Translations under genes and position numbers: made by a program
Notes under the pieces: model-generated
Seen by the model: the letters and a program-made list of their open reading frames with translations, nothing else
What the model was told of the DNA's origin: nothing
The model's database searches: none
Shown here: piece by piece, positions 49,450-64,000 of the stretch
How positions within the stretch are numbered: position 1 is the first letter of the stretch
Layout of the letters: every line of letters starts with the position of its first letter
NCBI GenBank assembly: GCA_907165135.1
Contig: OU015567.1
Coordinates: forward strand, 8,060,001 to 8,124,000
DNA from: Oikopleura dioica
Lineage: Eukaryota; Animalia; Chordata
Direction of reading: 5' to 3'
DNA: 64,000 nt

Positions 49450-51993
49450 TAAATTGAAGAATTTTTGGCTTTAGAGGTGGCTGACAGAAGACTCTGTCGG
49501 GAGATTGGGGCGGAGATTGAGGACGGATTCTCTTTTTATTTCTTTCATTTGGGACAAGTAATCTTCTTCTTTCAAAAGCGTTAAGAAATACTAAACTGTT
49601 TATAAAAATACAATGTGGTATATAAAGCTTACAGTTTAAATCTTTAGAAAATGAATGACAGGATCGTCGTTAAAGGCTGGGCTCGGCAACCTGTGTCAGG
49701 GACAGGAACAGGGACAGGGTTTCCCTCTCCGTGACCCATATTTTACACAGGCACTCAGGACAGGACCAAAAAATCTTCCTTTTTTACACAGGAAGACAGG
49801 ACAGGTTTTTTAGACAGGTCAGGAAACAGGTTTTCTAGACAGGTCAGGAAACAGGTCCTGACTCAGGAGGAAAAACAGGAATTTTTTTGATCAAAGAATT
49901 TAAGAAAAATTCTAATTTTAAGAATTTTATAACCATTTGGTTCATTGCACAGATTAAAAATTGGCCATTCTTGCGCGAAATTTCTTGGCAATTGATTCTT
50001 GACTTCAAATAATGAGTAAAAGAGACTTCGTAACATATGAGGTAAAAGTAAGTAAGTAGTAATAACCTGCAAGTGTCACTTTCACTTAAATAAAAATAGA
50101 ATTGGTAAAGTTAACCGGGTTAACATCAATTTCGACGCTCTGAATTTCCAATGAAGTTCCTGAATATAAAACGCTACGATCTGTTTATAATAATGATGTT
50201 TTTGGCGTTGTTTCTTATAAATTATTTTGCGAATCTAGACTATTGAAGCCTGTTTCCTGACCTAATTAAACAGGAACCTGTCTCAACTCAGGCCCTAGCA
50301 GGAAAATCAGGCCTGTCTTTAGTCAGGGACAGGGACAGGAACAGGGTTTCGAGCTTTTAATCCCGATTTTGGACAGGTACACAGGACAGGGCCAAAAAAC
50401 ATCCCTATTTTACTCAGGTACACAGGACAGGGTCCCAAAAACAGGAAACAGGTCCTGTCTAAGGTTTTTAGACAGGTCAGGATGCCGAGCCCAGGTTAAA
50501 GGTTAGCATATGTCACATGAGTTATTGACGTAAATAAGTTTATTTTTCTTATTTTTAAATCTGGTTTCCTCAGGAAACTTTCCTGTAGGACCAGGGAAAA
50601 CCAAACTAAAGCTGGCAATTTAGCCCAAAAAAGACAATTTCCAACGCTTTGCCTTGGCACTCCTCGTCAAAGTAAGCTTTCACCAAATTTCCGGACTTGA
50701 GACCACGGACTTTTCGAAGATCCGGAGTTTGAAGAAAAGATGTGCCGCGTGTGGGAGTACAGCTATCCGTTAGGGAGAAATAATTTACCATCGCATTGGA
50801 AACTAACATCAGTTCTGAGAGCAGCTCTTCCTCAGCAAACGTCTTTTTTTGGAGTTTTCCGACTGTTTTAACATTTGGCGGATACATTTGTGCGCGTTTT
50901 TCGATAAAGCACATTTTTCTTGAAAACTGTTTCTTTATTTCTTTGATATTTTTTATCACAAGGCCGCTGCTCGAAACTGGAATCGTTTTACTCCCATTTA
51001 GTTGAAAAAGAACTTGAAGGGCGGAGCATAGAAAGTGCTCGTATTTCTGAAGAATTGGTTCGTGATCTCTCAGGAGTTGAGAAATCAGTTGAATGAAATT
51101 CACTCTCGCCATTGTTTCCAGCTGAGGGAGGTATAGACGGAGAAGATCAACCAGAGAGGCAGTTATTGAATCTTTTTCCTTTGGCAGAATCTTAGAAGAT
51201 GATTAGGAAGAGCCGGTCGGAGTGAGAATCACCTTATGCTTGAATTCTAGCGTTGGATATGTTAGCTTGAAAGTCCTCTTTGGTATCAAATTATTTTCCG
51301 CCGTGTGGTAGATGGAGGATACATCTTCTTTGAGCGAAGGAAAGACTACATCGTCCGGCTGCGGTCGTTTTATATTCACAATTGCAAGAATTAGTGCCTC
51401 GTAATCTATAAAATCCTCTGATCGATCGTTACGCGGTTAAGAAGGTACTTGAAGGTAAATCGGTCGTTGTGATGATTTGGAAGATGAAGGCTGGAATGAA
51501 ATTGAAGCAGAAAAGCTCGAGTGGAGGAGAACTGCTAGTTGAAAACTTGTACAGTTGCGATATTACTAAAAGTTCGATTACATAAAGCAGAATTATAATC
51601 GATCGATATTATGCCTTACGTAAAACAGCATAATGGGATTAAGTTTATGAAAAACAGAGCTATTCTAATGGCTACTAATTTTCAATTTTAATTAGACAAT
51701 AAAAATATTTGGTCTGATGATTTTATTTTTTTATGTAACAAAGTGTAATATGTTCAAAAATGATCCATAAGATTCATGGTGACATAAACATATTCCACTC
51801 TGTTACATGAAAAATTATTTATAATTAAGGGTTTGAAATCATTTCTACCTGCATCAAGTAAATCAGAAGCCGTTTCATCCTCAGAATCTCCAAGAAGCAA
51901 ATTATGAATTTGAACATACGTCTCTTCCGAATATTTTACGCCTTTCAACCCTTCATTGCCCTTCGATGCGGATAGCCAATCTCTTACTGTCAT
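49450..51993 (-). CDS. HYCC1: Hyccin / FAM126 (PI4KA complex subunit); 3' end approximate
   Basis: VRDWLS start, SQLYKF...LELFCFNFIPAFI, YEALILAIVN, FPSLKEDVSSIYH, KTIPVSSSGLV, ELMLVSNAM all match FAM126 blocks. A probable last exon (about 49450-49580) lies beyond the intronic transposon. Confidence 0.82.
49677..50494. mobile_element. Non-autonomous hAT-type transposon (818 bp) in a hyccin intron
   Basis: TIR CTGGGCTCGGCA(A/T)CCTG; 8-bp TSD GTTAAAGG (49669-49676, 50495-50502); dense subterminal (G/A)ACAGG repeats at both ends. Confidence 0.9.
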
Positions 51994-52717
51994 TCTGATA
52001 ATTCATAAAGATGCTTTGAGAAACGAAGAAAAGGGATGATCTCTACGGACAAATGAAGAATCATCAGATTTTTTTTGCTGTGAAATTCAAGTGTATTTAT
52101 AAATAGACATGCAGCTTTGCATTTTAAATTCTAGTGTAGTGCATATATCGGAAATGGTGGTAGAATTGTGTACAAAAGGAAAGAAATAGATACACATACC
52201 GCAACATGCGTATTTTGAAAGTTTTGAAATCAACAAGGAGAAAATAGAGTCTTGAAAAATTATAGTTCAAAGTTGAGTAACTAATTCAGTAAAAGATAAG
52301 ATAAGGAAAGATAAGTCGGCATAAAAAGCAATAACGGAAATACAAGAAAATTGTTTTAGGCATTTAACATTTGTCATTTGATAACTTGTTAATTTTAAAA
52401 ATTGAAAACGAAATTATTGAACAAAAAAGAAGATTTGAAAGATTGAAGGATGTTTTTTAACGAAAGAAATTGGTGAACAACAGAAATATAAAAATATTTA
52501 TAGCTCGGAAAAAAGGTCGGAATGTCCGCAAAGTGGGGTTTTAGTCATTATTTTTTTTGATAAGAATAAAGATTGTCACGATTTTGTAGATTTTCGATGC
52601 AGAAAATAGTGGCTAGATACTGTACTTATCACTGCTTCAGTAGTACTGTAGAAACCGTCTATTTCCTATTTATATTTGTTACATGTAGAATTCTGTAGAA
52701 TCATGGTTTGGTGTTTT

Positions 52718-54210
52718 TTAGTAATTTCCACGGGCGATTTCTTCGCGAATGATGTTCCGCACTTCTTGGAGCATCGAGACTTTCATCTTTTCGAACTCTT
52801 CGCGGATCATCAGGCGGATTTCGTTTTCCGAGGGAGTCGACGACGAGCCAGAGAATTGAGAAGTAGAACTTGTGTGATTCGAAACTGGCTTCGAAGGCGG
52901 AACTTAAATTCCATTTAGAGCTTTGAATGATTATCGAGAAGCCGTTTCGGCTTCGTGGGACCATTATGCGACTAGCGAGAAAAGCGGGTGCTCAAGTTTG
53001 ACGAGAAGATTCCTACCTGTGGGCAGAGGTTTAGTTTCCTTCTTTATATGAGAGTGAACGGGTGCTGGCTTGCTGGGCGTCGAGTTTGACTGAACCTGCC
53101 CGGCGAGTCTTTGTTTCAACTGCTCGCGGAAGTCCATCGGCCCGCCCGCCGGTTTTGGCGGCAGTTGATGAACTGTTTTTGTTGCAGCCGGGGCGTCTTC
53201 TCCGACTACTCTTCCTGGCCCCGCTTTTTCTTGAATGCCGACTTTCTTCAGCTTGAAGCCGCCCTGAGTTCAAGATTAAATTAATACTTCAAATCCATTT
53301 TTGTACCTGGATTTGACCCAAAAGAGCTCCTCTTCCAGCTCCACCAGCTGGAGCGGCTGATAATCCCGTTCCTCTTGGTCCCCCGGGCGCAGGACCTGGC
53401 GGGCCTGGTGGTGGACCTCCTGGAGGGGGTGGCCCAGGCGGTGGACCGCCACTAGGAGGGCCAGGAGGGGGAGGTGGACCCCCAGGAGGTTTTACTGGAG
53501 CTGGAGGACCACTAGGCTGTGCAGGCCGCGGCGGCTGAGGCTTCGGTGGTGGCGGCTCTTGTTTAACTTGTGGCCAGGGCAGTTGTCCTTTAACTCGCTG
53601 CAACGCCGTGGTCATTTCTTTGCCAAAATCTTTTGCGTACTCTTCGTCAGCAAAGTTCATCCCATAACTACAACAAAAGTCAATTTCTCTTTGTCAGCAA
53701 AATAGTTGAAAAAGCAAAGATAGCCGGACCGGTGAAAGTTTGGACAGCAGATGAGTTTGTTTCACTCAAGTAGGGGCAATTTTCGAGAAAGAAAAGAAGA
53801 GCGCTAAATCAAAAAAGAAGGCGCAATTTACTTGACAATCATATAATAACTGGACAAGGCCAATTTTGTTTGCTCAATTTCAGACTTCAGCTCAATAGCG
53901 GATTTCTTCCGGGCCGGTTAAAATTGAATAGATAAGGAAATTCAACTTACACTTGTCCGTTTGCTCTCCATTGGTGAAACTTCGGCGTCGCTTCGTTGTA
54001 AACCAAGCTGGCAATTATGCCACAATTGATGGTCAATTCACCCGAGTCGCCCTTTCTACCGACAATTCTGTACTGCTGCTTCTCCGCGTTTAGAAGGATG
54101 TAGACGTCGCTGGGGCCTGGCGAAGACACAGAAACCCATCGCTGCATTTGCCCTTCGTACAACATCACGTCGGCGACGACCTTCACGACCACCGATTCCG
54201 AGTCTGACAT
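52718..54210 (-). CDS. Ena/VASP family actin regulator (EVH1, Pro-rich region, EVH2)
   Basis: EVH1 ADVMLY...RW...YRIVGRK...INCGI...LVYNEATPKFHQWR-YGMNF; poly-Pro; GRGALLGQIQ-GGFKLKKV; tetramerisation helix MIREEFEKMKVSMLQEVRNIIREEIARGNY*. Confidence 0.92.
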
Positions 54211-54710
54211 TCTGAAAATAATCGTTGAAATTTCAGCTTTTTCTTCGCGATTTTTTGATTGTCTCTTTTTCGTTTGCAATATTTTCATTAAAAAAACCAT
54301 CATCGAATTGGCAAAAACAGGAAACGCTCAAAAAGTAAATTTTCCCACAATAAAAATTTTTTTTTGTAAAAGGAGCTGTTTTTCGATCGATAATTCGTAT
54401 TATTGACAATTATTCTGGGCTAATTTATAAATGCGCGTTCTTTATAAGGTCAAGCTATCAGATTCTGACGGACTCGAGTTGATTTTGATTTCAGAAAGAA
54501 GAGAAAAACGTAATTAGTCTCGTAAATCTGAGCAAAAGGCGCTATTCATTGTCACCACTATCCGAATCGGATGAATTTTGAATAGCGATTCTTCTTTTCT
54601 GAAACATTAGACGGTTTTAAACGATCTTTGTGAGTAATTTTAACGCTTAATTAGTTAACTTCTGGAACTGTATCTTCATATACAATTAAATAACTCTTAT
54701 TCTGTACGTA

Positions 54711-55143
54711 ACAGTATTAATAATATATAAAAATTATTTAATTTTAATTAGACACATCCTGTATCCGGTATTTTCGTATATAGGCAAGATAAAACGCATC
54801 ATAAAATACGAATTTGATCAGAATAATTATGAAATTTCCCCTTTTTCGAACAGGATGTTCGATAGAAAAATCGCATTTGTCCCGGATATAGAATACGTAA
54901 CTGTCGGATTTTAGCGGTTTTATATAATTGACCTATATCTTTGATCTTAAAAATCCGACAATTATATATTCTAAATCCGGTACAGATGCGATTTTTTTAA
55001 CGAATATCCTATTCGAAAAGGTGGAAATATAGTAATTATTCTGATTTTAGCCGTATTCGATGGAGGGTTTTAAATTGTAAGAGCACAATAATACCGGATA
55101 CAAGATGTGTGGTATTAATATTAAACAATTTTTATAATACTGT
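54711..55143. mobile_element. Degenerate foldback element / MITE with TA flanks, intergenic
   Basis: Nested inverted blocks about an axis near 54930: ACAGTATTA/TAATACTGT, ACACATCCTGTATCCGGTATT/AATACCGGATACAAGATGTGT, ATCAGAATAATTA/TAATTATTCTGAT, AAAAATCGCAT/ATGCGATTTTT, TGTCGGATTTTA/TAAAATCCGACA. TA on both flanks. Confidence 0.8.
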
Positions 55144-56501
55144 TATAAAAAAAAAACGAGCGTATACACATCATTAGAGCTAATTGATTATTCAAAGTTT
55201 CGAGCAATCAGATTTCAGAAAAAAAACGAGAGACAAGTTTTCATTCGTCGAGGCTCCAATAAAATAATTCATAAAGAAATCTCTAGATCAAAAAAGGCAA
55301 ATTGCAAAAAATTTCGCAGTCTACTTCACTCAAAAATCGGAGAGAAAATGTGTTTGTCCGTGTTTGACTGAGGCTGTTTGATAAATTATTCATTTTGTAT
55401 TCTCGTCTTGAGAATCAAAATCAATCATTTCTTCCGATCGAAGCTGATTCGACGCGCGCCGATTTTTCGCGCTCCCGATTGGACAATTCAAAGGTTGCTT
55501 TCTTGCTCGACGGACTCATCCCTTTTTTCCAGAAGAAGAAAATATCATTTTCGTTGCTAATTACTGCTTGAGAGTTTTTATCTTTTATTTAGATTTCTAT
55601 CAGAGTCAAAATAGAACATATTCTTGTAAACTAATTTTAACAACGATAAATGATATTTTTTCTTCAAAAAAAAGGATGAGTATGTTGTCCTCCAATCGGT
55701 TTGACGGTGTTACAAAAATGAAGCGGTTTTGAATTGGAGTGCGTCTCTATTTTTTCACAAAATGCAGACATCTGAAGACAAAAGTGGGCTGGCAAGACGA
55801 GACATTTACGCCAATATTTGTCCATATTCACTCGGCAAATAATAATTACTGACGTGGAGATTGTAAAATAACTGATACAGCTTAGCTACAGGGCGGAACA
55901 ACTGCCAAATAGATCGTCTTTCTCTAACCCTCTTCGATCGCCATCAGAATCTTCTTCTTCGACGGTGTGGCCTTTCATGAAGTCAGGGTGTCACTGTACC
56001 TTCTTTGCTAGTCATCGTCTGACGAAATATCCGGAGGGACGGAAAAAGCTTAAACCCGGCCAAAGAGATGAATTTTGCCCAGCAAAATCGTAGCTTTAGG
56101 AGGGGAGGACGCGCCTATTTCCGTCAATCTCTTGCCGCGTGAACCACATCGCGCCAGTGGAGATTAAAGTTCATCTTAGTCAGCCTTCTTTTCTGAACAT
56201 ATTCTTGAATGATTCTGATCTTATTCCGTAGATTCTTTTTGCTCAAATATATTTATGACTGTCAATTGATTTCTTTCATGATTTTCTTACTATATCGTCT
56301 TTACAATAAATTCTTTGTAAGGGAAGCCAACAAAAGCAGCAAGAAAAGGATTCTTGTATGAAATTTCAGCATTGAAGGAAAAACAAAAAAGAAAACTTGA
56401 ACAAACTTGTCACTGATAATGTGATAAGCTCATCACGTTGCGTACTCTGGCACCCGCTTTTCTATCCCTTTTTTCTGGAAAGAGAAATAGCAAGAAGTTG
56501 C

Positions 56502-62340
<5,839 letters not shown>

Positions 62341-62757
62341 AAAATCGTAGCTTTGGGAGGGGAGGACGCGCCTATTTCCGTCAATCTCTTGCCGTATGAA
62401 CCACATCGCGCCAGTGGAGATTAAAGTTCATCTTAGTCAGCGTTCTATTCTGAACATATTCTTGAATGATTCTGATCTTATTCCGTAGATTCTTTTTGCT
62501 CAAATATATTTATGACTGTCAATCGATTTCTTTCATGATTTACTACTAAATCGTCTTTACAATAAATTCTTTGTGAGGGAAGCCAACAAAAGCAGCAAGA
62601 AAAGGATGCTTGTATGAAATTTCAGCATTGAAGGAAAAACAAAAAGAAAACTTGAACAAACTTGTCACTGATAATGTGATAAGCTCATCACGTTGCGTAC
62701 TCTGGCACCCGCTTTTCTATCCCTTTTTTTCTGGAAAGAGAAATAGCAAGAAGTTGC

Positions 62758-64000
62758 ATGGCGCAGCAAACGGAGTCCTCTGTGACTCTTCGGAAAATAC
62801 GGCATGTCCAGTTCGGGATTCTGTCGCCTGATGAAATCAAAAGAATGTCAGGAAACGTTTGAGTAGATTCCCATTTATGCTTAGTTTTCACCTGATTTTC
62901 ACAAGCACCGTAAGTCGTGAGCTCCCCTGGGTTGGTTCATCCCGAAGCGACAGAGCGTGACGACTTCGGCAAGTCATCGAATCGACCAAAAATGGATGGA
63001 ATTCTCGATCCTCGGCAAGGGGTAGTCGATCGTTTCTCCAGATGTCAAACTTGCGCTGGAAACATGAATGATTGTCCCGGGCATTTTGCGCACATCGAAC
63101 TTGCAAAGCCTGTTTTCCATATTGGCTTCTTCAACAAGACTTTGCGGGTATTACGGTGCGTTTGCTTCTTTTGCTCAAAGATGCTGGTGGACAAGAACGA
63201 TCCAAAGATGGCGACGATTCTGGCGCGCACGAAGGGTCAGCCTAGAAAACGACTCGATTCCGTTTACGTTCTGTGCAGAGGTAATTATTCCATTTTGCTT
63301 TGGTTGACGAGAAACAAATCATGGGACACTGTAGTCATCACTGAGAAAAAGGCCTCTACTGGACTCGATGACGTTTTATATAATAATTTTATGAAAATGA
63401 GGCTCTAAAATCTTTTGATTGAGGAAAGCAGAAATGCGAGGGAGGAGATGACATCGATTCCGACGAAAAAACCAAAGGACCATGTGCCATCAGAGGAAAC
63501 AAACGATGGGATTATTCCGCATAATGGTTGTGGGAGATTTCAACCAACGTACAGGAGAGACGGACTTACCATAACTGCTATGGGTAAAGAAATTCCACTT
63601 TCTTTCCGATTTTTGTTCTTCGTTGATATGGAATTAGGAGCATTAACCGTTCCGTTTCTACCGAATCGGTGATTCTTTATCCGCTAAAAAGCAACATGGA
63701 AGAAGGTGAATGATGATGCGCAGGAAAAGACGATAGAAATGACGGCAGAGAAGGTCCTCGAAATCTTCAAAGGGATTTCTGACGATGAAATTGACATGTT
63801 AGGAATGGACGCAGAATACGCTCGTCCGGCGTGGATGATTATCACCGTCTTGCCGGTTGCTCCTTTGGCGGTTAGACCTTCAGTCGTCATGGGCGGATCA
63901 GGCTTACGAAGTCAGGATCGTTGCCCAGAGAATACTGTCTGCTTGACATTCATAGTTTTTCCATAAAAAGCAGATTCTCTAACAAGAAAATAGGACGATG
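62758..64000 (+). CDS. POLR2A: RPB1 copy 2 (5' part, runs off the window) with an apparent 2-nt deletion in exon 3
   Basis: Same exons as copy 1. GACGAAAAAACCA (about 63462-63474) versus GACGAGAAAAAACCA in copy 1 shifts the frame after [10 protein letters not shown]. Confidence 0.9.

Noticed and set aside
53380-53560. Collagen-like Gly-Pro-Pro repeats
   Set aside because: No sustained Gly-X-Y register; this is the proline-rich linker of Ena/VASP.
55790-55985. Short minus-strand ORF (MKGHTVEEEDSDGDRRGLEKRR...) upstream of RPB1
   Set aside because: About 57 aa with no recognisable homology or clear splice context.

Overview
Compact, intron-rich eukaryotic DNA, not prokaryotic. Many introns are about 40-100 nt, GA-AG donors are frequent, same-strand genes are tightly packed, and proteins are fast-evolving chordate-like. 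This points to a larvacean tunicate such as Oikopleura dioica (inference, no database search run). Genes from left to right: class-18 myosin (two alternative N-termini), UTP11, PATL1, RPL18A (two intronic H/ACA snoRNA candidates), CFAP100 and DNAI3/WDR63 in tandem, a claudin-like gene, TGFBRAP1/Vps3-like, a zinc-finger gene, two copies of a 75-aa secreted six-cysteine peptide, SCO1, an unknown gene, SERINC, MCMBP, a divergent CFAP20, hyccin (FAM126), Ena/VASP, and a tandem partial duplication of the RNA polymerase II largest subunit (RPB1). Five non-autonomous DNA transposons have recognisable target-site duplications (TSDs): three hAT-type, one Kolobok-type and one TA-flanked foldback. The most unusual observations are four. 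(1) A hAT MITE sits inside a conserved RPB1 exon and could be removed at exact length as a GG-AG intron. (2) RPB1 copy 1 ends at a splice donor where copy 2 starts, so two 5' modules may share one 3' end/CTD. (3) About half of the RPB1 introns are non-GT. (4) The peptide gene was duplicated in inverted, circularly permuted form together with a decayed MCMBP fragment. Exon boundaries were deduced by hand from reading-frame continuity and remembered homology. Gene ends are approximate where stated.
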